A stretch of DNA of 64,000 nt, taken from NCBI RefSeq assembly GCF_000143415.4, contig NW_003314343.1:434813-498812 (forward strand). The letters are read 5' to 3'. The position numbers and the translations under genes are program-made. Positions 1 through 10,720 of this stretch are shown one piece after another. Positions within the stretch are counted from its first letter, which is position 1; every line of letters begins with the position of its first letter. The notes under the pieces were generated by a model. The model was not told the DNA's origin, made no database searches, and saw only the letters and a program-made list of their open reading frames with translations. This DNA comes from Selaginella moellendorffii (Eukaryota; Plantae; Lycopodiophyta).

Positions 1-1900
1 CAGCAGCTGCCGCCGCCGCCTCTTCTGTCCCCAGCCCTGCCACTCTCAACGGTGCCGCCACTGCTGCCGCTGGTCCTGGCGGAGGTTCGCTAGCTTGTTA
101 AGGAGGCCATGGGCAAGAAGATGTGTCCAATGGTTGAGGAGCCGTCTAAGGCTGAGGAGAGCATGCTGCGTGAGGACACACGATTGCCACCACTACCACA
201 GCCACCATGACGGTCGCCACCGTCGTCACCATGACCACCATGACCATCAGCACCATTGCCACCCTAAACCCTACTATTTCCTCCTCTATTTCATAGTGAG
301 AATCTCATATCCCACCATCAAGCGCTCACTGAGCAACGATTGGCAATGGTAGAACAACGATTGCAAGAGCTGTTGAAGCAGTTGCTGCCGCTGATGCCTC
401 GCCTGCAGCAGCAGCAACAGCTGCTGCCGCTGCCGCCGGCCCTGCCGATCTCAACGGTGCCGCCACTGCTACCGCTAGTCCTAGCGGAGGTTTGTTGGCT
501 TGTTAAGGAGGCCATGGGCGAGAAGATGTGTCCAATGGTTGAGGAGCCGTCCATGGTTGAGGAGAGCATTCTGGGTGAGGACACACGATTGCCACCACTG
601 CCACAACCACCATGACCATCGCCACCGTCGTCACCACGACCACCATGACCATCAGCACCATTGCCACCCTAAACCCTAAACCATAAACCCTACTGTTTCC
701 TCCTCTATTTTAGAGTGAGAATTTCATATCCCACCATCAGGCGCTCACTGAGCAGCGATTGGCAATGGTAGAACAGCAATTGCAAGGGCTATTGAAGCAG
801 TTGCTGCCACTGATGCCTCCCCTACAGCAGCAGCAGTAGCTACTGCCGCCGCCGCAGGCCCTGTTGCTCTCAACAGTGCCGCCATTGCTGCCGCTGGTCC
901 TGGCGGAGGTTCGCCGGCTTGTTAAGGAGGCCATGGGCGAGAAGATGTGTCCAATGGTTGAAGAGCCGTCCATGGTTGAGGAGAGCATGCTGGGTGAGGA
1001 CACACGATTGCCACCACTGCCACAGCCACCATGATGGTCGCCACCGTCATCACCACGACCACCATGACCATCAGCACCATTGCCACCCTAAACCCTAAAC
1101 CCTACTCTTTCCTCCTCTATTTCAGAGTGAGGATTTCATATCCCACTGTCAGGTGCTCATTCAGCAGCGATTGGCAATGGTAGAACAGCAATTGCAATAG
1201 CTGTTGAAGCAGTTGCCACCGTTGATGCCACCCCTACAGTAACAGCAGCAGCTGCCACTGCCTCCTCTGTCCCCGGCCCTGCTGCTCTCAACAGTGCCGC
1301 CACTGCTGCCGGTGGTCCAAGTGGAGGTTCGTAGGCTTGTTAAGGAGGCCATGGGCGAGAAGATGTGTCCAATGGTTGAGGAGCCCTCCATAGTTGAGGA
1401 GAGTATGCTGGGTGAGGACACACGATTGCCACCACTGCCACAACCACCACGACCGTTGCCACCATCATCAACACAACCACCATAACCATCGGCACCATTG
1501 CCAACCTAAACCCTAAACCCTAAACCCTACTGTTTCCTCCTCTATTTCAGAGTGAGGATTTTATATCCCACCGTCAGGCGCTCACTGAGTAGCAATTGGC
1601 AATGGTAGAACAGCAATTGCAAGTGCTGTTGAAGCAGTTGCCGTCGCTGATGCCACCCCTCCAGCAGCCACCACCGCATCCTCCTCCGTCCCCGGCCCTA
1701 CCGCTCTCAACGGTGCCCCCACTGCTGCTGCTGGTCCTGGCGGACGTTTGCTGGCTTGTTAAGGAGGCCATGGGTGAGAAGATGTGTCCAATGGTTGAGG
1801 AGCCATCCATGGCTAAGGAGAGCATGCTAGGTGAGGACACACGATTGCCACCACTGCCTCAACCACCACGACCATCGCCACCGTTGTTACCACGACCACC
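1..1900 (+). repeat. ~420-bp tandem satellite (module A: coiled-coil/Pro-rich coding-like segment plus a short CCCTAAA tract), about 4.5 copies
   Basis: The unit tttcctcctctatttcagagtgaggatttc...accattgccacc(ctaaacc)n recurs with a ~415-425 bp period (equivalent antisense ORFs end at 584, 1003, 1421 and 1840). Confidence 0.9.
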
Positions 1901-4099
1901 ATGACAATCGGCACCATTGCGACCGTCCTCACCACCACCACCACCGCAAGGGATGGGGACCATCACCAGTATGATCAGTGGATTGGTATCATCATTGTTG
2001 TTCCTACTGTGTCCAACACAATAGGATTGTCTATCATACTCCGAAAAATGAAAGTATGTAATCAGGTGTGTGTGTGTGTGTGTGAGATTGTGTAACTTAA
2101 AGTGCAGATTGCTACTACTACAACCATTGATCAGCCACCCTAGCCTTGATCCAGCTACAATCTTCTGTTTTGTTAATCTTCATTTAATCACCGTGGCTTT
2201 TGTGCCTTTGTTGAAACTGTAAGCTCTTATAGATGCTCAAAACTTTGGCCAGGCCAACGCTCCCAACAGCGTAGTTCCGGCTGGTCATGCCACTTTGCCT
2301 TGAACAAAAGAAGTGCCGCCCCTTGATGCCATTTGGACTTTGGAACAACACTTCGGAACACTGTGGCCCTACGCGAGTCTCATGGGTCTAAACCCTAAAC
2401 ACCAAACCCTAAACCCTAAACCCTAAACCCACATGGGAGATGGAAGCTTTTGAGCCCCCAGTGACACAGCACGCCATCATAGGTGCAGACCCGCTCTTAG
2501 TGCTCTCGGTGAAGAAGAAGATGCCATTGACAATGTTGCGGTGTGCAGAGAGCTCGCCTGGCCTGTGAAAACCCTCACCAAGTCCTTGTACCCACAGATG
2601 ATCCAATTGCCGCCAGGGCTCCAGTCGAGGCAAGTGATCATGTCCTGGATATTGGAGAGCAGCTAGAATGCCATGAACCCCTTGCGGCACCTCGGCATTC
2701 CAGCAGCAGGAGCAGAGGCAAAAGCATTGCAAAGGGGAGTCGAGCTAAGTTCTTATTAATTAGGGCGTTTGGGGTAGATCTAGAAAAGCAGTGAGAGATC
2801 ATGAATCTTTTTGTTCTCCTACTACTGTTTCCTCCTCTATTTCAGAGTGAGGATTTCATATCCCACCGTCAGGCACTAAGTGAGCAGCGATTGCAAGAGC
2901 TGTTGAAGCAATTGCCGCCGCTGATGCCACCCCTGCAGTAGCAGCAGCAGCAGCTGCCGCCACCGCCTCCTCTGTCCCCGGCCTTGCCGCTCTCAACGAT
3001 GGCGCCACTGCTGCTGTTGGTCCTCACGGAGGTTCGCCAGCTTGTTAAGGATGCCATGGGCGAGAAGATGTGTCTAATGGTTGAGGAGCCATCCATGGCT
3101 GACGAGAGCATGTTGGGTGAGGAGACACAATTGCCACCATTGCCACAACCACCACGACCATCACCACCGTTGTCACCATGACCACCATGACCATCAGCAC
3201 CATTGCCACCATCCTCAGAACACTGTGGCTCTACGCGAGCCTCATGGGTACTCTCCCCAAGCCCTAAACACTAAACCCTAAACCTGTATGGGAGGTGGAA
3301 GCTTTTCAGCCCACAGTGACACAGCACGCCATCCTAGGTGTAGACCCGCTCTCAATGCTCTTGGTTTAGGGCTTAGGGTTTAGGGTTTAGGGTTTACTAT
3401 TTCCTCCTCTATTTCAGAGTGAGGATTTCATATCCCACCGTCAAGCGCTCACTGAGCAGCAATTGGCAATGGTAGAACAACGATTGCAAGAGTTGTTGAA
3501 GCAGTTGCCGCCGCTGATGCCACCCCTACAGCAGCAACAACAACAACTACCGCCGCCGCCTCCTCCGTCCCCGGCCCTACCACTCTCAACGGTGCCGCCA
3601 CTGCTGCCGGTGGTCCTAGCGGAGGTTTGCCGGCTTGTTAAGGAGGCCATGGGCGAGAAGATGTGTCCAATGGTTGAGGAGCCGTCCATGGCTGAGGAGA
3701 GCATGCTGGGTGAGGACACACGATTGCCACCACTGCCACAACCACCACGACCGTCGCCACCGTCGTCACCACGACCACCATGACAATCGGCACCATTGCG
3801 ACCGTCCTCACCACCACCACCACCACCGCAAGGGATGGGGACCATCACCAGTATGATCAGTGGATTGGTATCATCATTGTTGTTCCTACTGTGTCTAGCA
3901 CACTAGGAATGTCTATTATACTCCAAAAGATGAAAGTATGTAATCAAGTGTGTGTGTGTGTGTGTGAGATTGTGTAACTTAGAGTGTAGATTGCTACTAC
4001 TACAACCATTGATCAGGCACCCTAGCCTTGATCTAGCTAGAATCTTTTGTTTTTTTAATCTTCATTTAATCACTGTGGCTCTTGTGCCTTTGTTGAGAC

Positions 4100-4480
4100 T
4101 GTAAGCTCTTGTGGATGCTCAAAACTTTGGCCAGGTCAACGCTCCCAATAGCGTAGATCAGGCTGGTCATGCCACTTTGCACAAGGCTCTGGTGGATCGC
4201 TCGAAAGCTTCGACCTGAGCGCAAGCATCAAGAACGATCCCGAGAGTGAGATAGAACGTCAGCCTCGCAGCGCTGGTAACTAGAGCAAGCCAAGATTGTG
4301 ATGCGAGCAAGCTTCCACCATGGTCACCACACAATCCTTGAGATGGCAGAACACGCTGTGAGCGCCTTAATGATGGTCACCTCCTTTGGCCTCAGCCTTG
4401 AACAAAAGAAGTGTCGCCCTCTGATGCCATTTGGACTTTGGAACAACACTTTGGAACATCGTGGCCCTACGCGAGCCTCA
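4100..4480 (-). pseudogene. Degenerate PPR-like fragment (module C)
   Basis: Minus strand gives LRPKEVTIIKALTACS, LGIVLDACAQVEA and YAIGSVDLAK, which resemble PLS-class PPR motifs. Confidence 0.45.
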
Positions 4481-4585
4481 TGTCTCTCTCCGGAATCGAA
4501 CCCTAATTCCCCGTTACCCGTCACCACCATGGTAGGCCTCTATCCTGGGTACTCTCCCCAAACCCTAAACCCTAAACTCTAAACC

Positions 4586-4870
4586 TGCACGGGAGATGGA
4601 AGCTTTTGAGCCCCCAGTGACACAGCATGCCATCCTAGGTGCAGACCCACTCTCAGTGCTCTCGGTGAAGAAGAAGACGCCATTGACAACGTTGCGGTGT
4701 GCAGAGAGCTCGCCTGGCCTATGAAAACCCTCACCAAGTCCTTGCAGCTGTAGATGATCCAATTGCCGCCGAGGCTCCAATCGAGGCAAGTGATCGTGTC
4801 CTGGATGCTGGAGAGCAACTGAAACGCCATGAACTCCTTGCGGCACCCAGGCATTCCACCAGCAAGAGTA
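4586..4870 (-). pseudogene. PWP2: PWP2/UTP1 WD40 N-terminal fragment (module B; further copies near 2430, 39625, 48506, 49065, 52331, 53553, 54382)
   Basis: Minus strand reads PGCRKEFMAFQLLSSIQDTITCLDWS.GGNWII..CKDLVRVF and then LSAHRNVVNGVFF, resembling the plant PWP2 N-terminal WD repeats. Frameshifted. Confidence 0.7.
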
Positions 4871-5317
4871 GAGGCGAAAGCATTGCAAAGGGGAATCGAG
4901 CTAAGGTCTTATTAATTAGGGCTCTTGGGGTGGATCTAGCAAAGCAGTGAGAGATCATGAATCTTTTTATTCTCCTCCTTCTACTGTTTCCTCCTCTATT
5001 TCAGAGTGAGGATTTCATATCCCATCGTCAAGCGCTCACTGAGCAGCGATTGGCAATGGTAGAACAGCGATTGCAAGAGCTATTGAAGCAGTTGCTACCA
5101 CTGATGCCACCCTTGCAACAGCAGCAGCAGCAGCCGCAGCAGCTGCCGCCTCCTCCTCCGTCCCCGGCCTTGCCGCTCTCAATGGTGCCGCCACTACTGC
5201 CGCTGGTCCTGGTGGAGGTTCGCCGGCTTGTTAAGGAGGCCATGGGCGAGAAGATGTGTCCAATGGTTGAGGAGTTGTCCATGGCTGAGGAGAGCATGCT
5301 GGGTGAGGAGACACGAT

Positions 5318-5465
5318 TCCATCTCGGGTCCATCTCGGACTCCATCTCAGGTCCATCTTGGGTCCATCTCAGACTCCATCTTGTGTCCATCTTGGGTCCA
5401 TCTCGGATTCCATCTCGGACTCCGTCTCAGGTCCATTTCGGACTCCATCTCGACTCCATCTCAAA
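5318..5465. repeat. 12-bp tandem tract (gactccatctcg-like) related to the chromovirus LTR minisatellite
   Basis: About 12 copies of tccatctcgg(a/g)(c/t), similar to the reverse-strand LTR repeat gactcgatctcg. Confidence 0.6.
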
Positions 5466-5554
5466 CACTTCCACGTGTCATGCTGGTCCTTTTGTCTCCC
5501 TTTTCTAGAGACTCATTCATTGCTTGCTTCATGCTTGTTCCTCGAGCACTTCAT

Positions 5555-6075
5555 TGGACCTTGTTTTTGATCCCACTGATCTCGATATAGATGTCACACC
5601 AGGGGTACGATTGGTCTTTATGGGCTCACTAGATGTGAAGCTTGTTGTTGCCTTCTGTGTAGGCAATCAATGATGCACTGGAAAGCAAGCGTTATTCATG
5701 AGCATTGAAGCTGGCACTCCGGTTGAATGAGCCACTGCTGATTCAGAAATGTGTGGAGGCCGTTGCGATCAGTGGTGTTGTCTGCAACGTTTCACTTTCG
5801 TACCTTGGAGATGAACTTGCACAGTGCCTGGAGAAGACACCTCATTTGGAGTTCTTACTGGTATGTATCAAGTTAGAAGGAAACATGTACTAAGTTGGCT
5901 TTGTTACAGGAGCTTTCCATTGGCAGAACAATCTAGTTGAAGAGCAGGGAGCTCATGCCCGCTCTCAAGTCCCTATCTTGCAGCAACAACTGCCTCCTAA
6001 AACGACTACCTTCTCCATTACCTGTGCTCGGCCCCAACTAAGAGCAAGAGCATGGAACAAAGCTCGGACTTGTAT
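5555..6075 (+). pseudogene. PWP2: PWP2 C-terminal (Utp12 domain) fragment with introns
   Basis: Reads FDPTDLDIDVTP, LALRLNEPLLIQKCVEAV...LEKTPHLEFLL and ELMPALKSL. It is an inverted homologue of 38040-38550. Confidence 0.8.
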
Positions 6076-6122
6076 GATAACGGACACGCCGCTCGGGCTT
6101 GAGAACTCAAGTGAACTTATTT

Positions 6123-6754
6123 GTGGGGCACCACTCCACATGAGTCGGGAGCACCGCAGTCGGTTTCCCTTTCGGGAGTGGGAGCTGCTCTTGAACACTT
6201 CCCTGGGTGGCCCCTCCGGCACCACTCAAGCCCATGCTCACTCCCCCCCAAGGCCCCTCGGCCCCAATCTCAACCTCAAGTCAGTTTGGAAGCACCACTG
6301 GAGAGTTCCTTCAAGACTGGTTCCTGGACCTCACTATCCCTACTATACTTTTGGAACCCCCTGCAGCCCCCCCCCCCTGGGAGACACACGCTTTGGGCTT
6401 TCACCCCTTGACCTGTATTAGTACTCGGACTTAGTCTCTGGCTCGATCTCGGACTCGATCTTGGACTCGATTTCGGACCCGATCTCGGACTCGATCTCGG
6501 ACCCAATCTCAGACTTGACCTCGGACTCGGTCTTGGACCCGATTTCGGATCTTGGACTCCGTCTCGAACTCGGTCTCGAACTCGATCTCCGAGTCGGTCT
6601 CGGACTCGATTCCGGACTCTATCTCGAACTCGGTTTTAGAGTCGGTCTTGGACTCGATCTTGGACTTGATCCCATTCGATAAACTCTTTATCATTTTGGT
6701 CATGCTTTCGGGGATCCTTTAGCCTTCGACACCTCGGCGAGTTGGTTCCTTACA
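6123..6754 (-). mobile_element. Truncated LTR of the chromovirus family (5' half of the LTR)
   Basis: Reverse complement of about 40000-40660; ends ...gttggttccttaca. Confidence 0.9.
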
Positions 6755-7513
6755 GAGAGCTTGCTTCTCTCTCCTAGCCCTCTGCTCACGCTTGCGGGTC
6801 TCACTCACCCTCTAGTACTTGTCTATAAGTTTCTCATACTCATAAAGGTTGTGTGAAACAAGCAAATCTTTCTGAATCCTTGGTTTGTTGTTATAGATCC
6901 TGGTGAGCTCTGACCTCATCACGCTAATCGGAACCTTCTTTGTCTTTGTCTTTCTCGAGAAACTTCTCCACATGCATATATTTTTTGTTCTTTGATGGTT
7001 GGTGGGATCGATGTTTCCTCCCTGCTCCTCGCTTAAACAATGTCTGCAACACAAACAGCACAACGTTAAACATCCACACAGTAACCATAAAACTGATTTC
7101 ATACCTCTTCTCTGTTGTGGACCTTCAAGTTTAGTTTCCTCTTGAGAAGAGGTATGAAATCAGTTTTATAGTTACTGTGTGGACGTTTAACATTTTGTTG
7201 TTTGTGTTGCAAGTGACATTGTTTAAGCGAGGAGCAGGGAGGAAACATCGATCCCACCAACCATCGAAGAACAAAAAATATATGCATGCGGAGAAGTTTC
7301 TCAAGAAAGAACAAGCAAAGACAAAGAAGGTTCTGATTAGCACGGGGAGGTCAGAGCTCACTGGGATCTATAATGACAAACCAAGGATTCAGAGAGATTT
7401 GCTTGTTTCGTGCAACCTTTATGAGTACGAGAAACTTATAGACAAGTACTGGAGGGTGAGTGAGACTTGCAAGCTTGAGCAGAGGGCTAGGAGAGAGAAG
7501 CAGGTAAGCTCTC
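6755..7513. repeat. Long inverted repeat, ~360-bp arms with a 31-bp spacer
   Basis: 6755-7112 is the imperfect reverse complement of 7144-7513 (e.g. gatttcatacctcttctc / gagaagaggtatgaaatc). Confidence 0.9.
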
Positions 7514-8330
7514 TATTTTGGTTTTTTCTTCTTTTGAAGCTAACATCGGTTTCCAAAAAAGGCTGAAAGCGAAATTGAGTGAAAGAAGTTACAGCGGAAG
7601 AAGGTAGGTTTTTCTTTTCTCTTTTCTTCTTTTATAAATAAATTTTCAGAGAGAAGTACCAGCTGGCATCACCGGAGAAGTATGAGCTGCCATCTACGAC
7701 TCCCCTGCACCCCCTCTGATGACTCCTGGCCAGCTCCTGGCCGCTGCTGGGTTCGAGAATCCAATGTCGGGCGACTGCCATCAGGCCCAGGAGCTTCTCA
7801 ACCGTCAGGTTCTCTATTTACCTTTTTATGTTTACAATGTTTACTTTTAACATGTAACTGCAGACCAAGGAAGATGAAGCAGACCAGCCGCCTGTTGAGG
7901 TTTTCCGTTTACAGTTTTATATGTGCTTGTCTTACTTTTAACATTTAACAGACCGAAGCTGAAGGGGCAGCGACTGTTGAGCAAGGAACCGATGACCGTC
8001 AGCTGCCAGTTCAGGTTTGTTGTTTACCGTTTTATGTTCACAAGATCTAGTTTTAACATGTAACTGCAGACCGACAAAGATGAGGAGCCGCCTGAGGCCA
8101 GCCCAGCAGGGACCATCGATGACGATCAGCCACCTGTTCAGGTTTTATATTTATTGTTTTATGTCCACAACTGTTATTTTTAACATATAACAGCAGATCG
8201 AACTCCGGAGAACTGTACCTGTTCAGGTATTTTGTTCACTGTTTTATGTCCACCAGCTCTTCTGTTAACATGAAACTACAGTTATCAACATATTCTCGGA
8301 AGAAACTAAAGCAACAGCCATCGGTTGACA
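7250..8330 (+). pseudogene. Multi-exon gene fragment with tandemly duplicated micro-exon/intron units (acidic Pro-rich peptide)
   Basis: Five similar GT..AG introns separate phase-0 exons of 36, 63, 72 and 30 nt. There is an in-frame TGA near 7683. Confidence 0.55.
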
Positions 8331-8404
8331 ATCAGGTACCTGCCAAAGATGTTGAACACAAACGTGTTTAGGTTTGTTGTTTATTATTCGACTGTTGACT
8401 CTTT

Positions 8405-9545
8405 TAGTGACTCTTTTTTTCTGACCTCCGGAAATTCCTCTCAACATGTCATTCCCCACAATCTCTGCAAATGTTAAGGCCCAGAATCTATAAGTTGATA
8501 CAATTTGAGAACATTCTCAACAAAAAAACAAGAGTACCTTGAGAACATAGTTGGAAACTATACTTGTTCTTTGGCCTTGAATGGCTGAGGCCTGCAAATA
8601 CCAGCACAAATCCAGGTCAGGATCACGAGCACAACATCACATACTTTCATAAACGCATCGATATCTGGATCTGGCTTGATTCCTGCTGCTCTCTCACGCT
8701 TGGCCAGTTCAGATAACATTTCTGCGTTGCAGGCAAGAGAAGTTGGAGTTTGTAGGGCAAGTAGCAACAACATACCGACCGTATGAAGAGCCAACACCTT
8801 GGCAGCGCGATGAGAAGTCAAATGTCTCCCGTACTGTCAGTTCGCCCAGGTGTACGTCATTTTGACTGGTGTATGAAGCAGTTCGTTGAGGCACAAACTC
8901 GTGTAATTCATGACCATTGTAGGTAACACTTCCAGTTACCTGCAAATTCTAAAGTTTAGGCAGTGCAATACGGTCCATTTCACTCTGACCTTCAAGTCAT
9001 CCCTGAGCTTCCCAGAAAGAGCGAGAAGAAATGTGGTTCTTCCAGATCCGGGAGGTCCAAGGAGCAGTGTTATCCTGGAAAAGCTTCCCGATTTACGCAA
9101 GGAAAGAGATGGACATGAAACCGACCTCGATGGTTTTATTATCCCGCTAATGTTGTTTAGGACGGTAAGGGATCTTTTTCTGGTGGGGACAAGGCGCACC
9201 ATGTCCAGTATGCTCTGCAGCATGCAGATTTGAGAAACATCGGACACAGGCAGATGAGTTAAAACCTCTATCCAGTTGAGTGTTGTGTTCCATAGCGTTG
9301 GCAAAGCCCTGCTTCCAACGTGAACGCGTGCAACGACATGAAGGTGTTTGAAACGAACTTCAATCTTTTAAGCCGACCCTGGACAAGAGTAGGAGATCTT
9401 AGTTTGAAAAGTCAAGCAAAAGCAGGAGCGAGAGATACCTGTCAATCCTATCCCGTAGCTTGGACAAGAACAGCTCGTTGTCTTCTTCGCCAATCCCAAT
9501 TATCGTCTGCACAATCCTCTGCTTGTGCTCGACATCGAGCTTTGA
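8405..9545 (-). pseudogene. Full-size ABCG (PDR) transporter fragment, N-terminus to NBD1
   Basis: Exons read EEDNELFLSKLRDRIDR, HVGSRALPTLWN, TLLLGPPGSGRTT (Walker A with K>R), [25 protein letters not shown] and RGISGGQKKRVT. Truncated at both ends, with small deletions. Confidence 0.9.
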
Positions 9546-9909
9546 AAGTTTTTCGAAACCCGGTCACAGCGTTTTTTCCATGGTTACGATGGTGGTGATG
9601 GTGGTGGTGGCGGTGGTGGTGCTTACTTCGACGATGTTTTGCTACTCGAGCCTGCCGCGCTTGAACGTACTGGATGACATCTTTGAAGGCAGCATCACGG
9701 TGCGTGGGAGAAGACTCGGAATCAAGCTCTAGTGCAAGCTTCTCGTCTCTCAGCTTGGACCTGGGTGCATCCCTGTGAACGACACTGAAGCCGATGCTTG
9801 TGCTTCCATCGCTGGCCTCGAGCACGGATCGGACGTCCAGAGAATGAGCAGCAGCAACAGTCAATCTGATGAGCACAAACAGCAGCAACAATGGTTTGCA
9901 AGGCTGCAT
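9546..9909 (-). pseudogene. Signal peptide and pro-region of an A1 (nepenthesin-like) aspartic protease, fused out of frame to the PDR fragment
   Basis: MQPCKPLLLLFVLIRL... signal peptide, a GFSVVHRDAPRS pro-segment motif and a His tract; no catalytic DTG follows. Confidence 0.55.
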
Positions 9910-10720
9910 TGTTTGCTCTTCTCTGGAGCGAGCAAGCTCCTTTTATGGGCAACGTCCGGCCGATCCATCTGTGGAGTAACGTAAGAGGCCTGTTCTCGAG
10001 GTGGCAAGAAGCAACTTAAGCTGGAAGCCGTTTTGGTTTATGCTTAACATCCGAGATTGACACAATCACAAGGTGGAAGATTCTACTTCCTTGTACAAGC
10101 CTCAAAAATCCAGGACACCAGGAAAAGATGGAAGTTTCATCTATGATATCTCTCATCAGGTACGTGTCAATATGATCTTCCACATCCTAACATTCCAACT
10201 GTGCTTTTTTGTAGCTATGTGTGATCGGGCGGAAGCGATTCATCACAAGGAAAAGGTAAGCTTGCTGTTGTTTCTTTGTTACTCTAACTTGTGCTTGCTT
10301 TGTTTCCAGAGCTCTTCAATCGAGCAGCACGATCATACTGAGGAATCCATTCCAAAGGGGAACAGCCTCAACCAAACGCCGATCATGGCACTTACTGGAA
10401 CAGCCTCAACCAAACGCTTTCGACTGTGTCGCAGGACTCGACAACACTGCTCCCACTTCCAGGTGTGATCCTGTGCGAGAGAGTGGAAAGAAAAAAGAAA
10501 GAGATCTTCCATAAAAGCTTGGAGGAGATCTTCTTTAAGTTCCAGCGACCAAGTCGAGAAGAAATAAACATCCAATAAAGGCCACCGTGATAAAAGTGTA
10601 GGACGATTAACCTCCAACCCACATCGCCAATTGGAAGCATCCAGGTCGTGGACCGCGCCAGGAAATGTGAAACAGAGCCGCGATGCTGATTTCTCGGGCT
10701 GCCCGTCACCCTCCGCCGCT

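Larger units (their letters stand above)
1900..5317 (+). repeat. Composite gene-derived repeat (~1.5 kb full unit: module A + TM tail/(GT)n + PPR-like module C + telomeric tract + PWP2-derived module B), full and deleted copies
   Basis: The same ordered modules recur at 1.9-2.8, 3.4-4.95, 47.5-48.8, 49.4-52.6 and 52.6-54.75 kb. Confidence 0.85.

Noticed and set aside
10040-10460. Small multi-exon gene
   Set aside because: Some splice-like sites are present, but I could not identify a coherent product.
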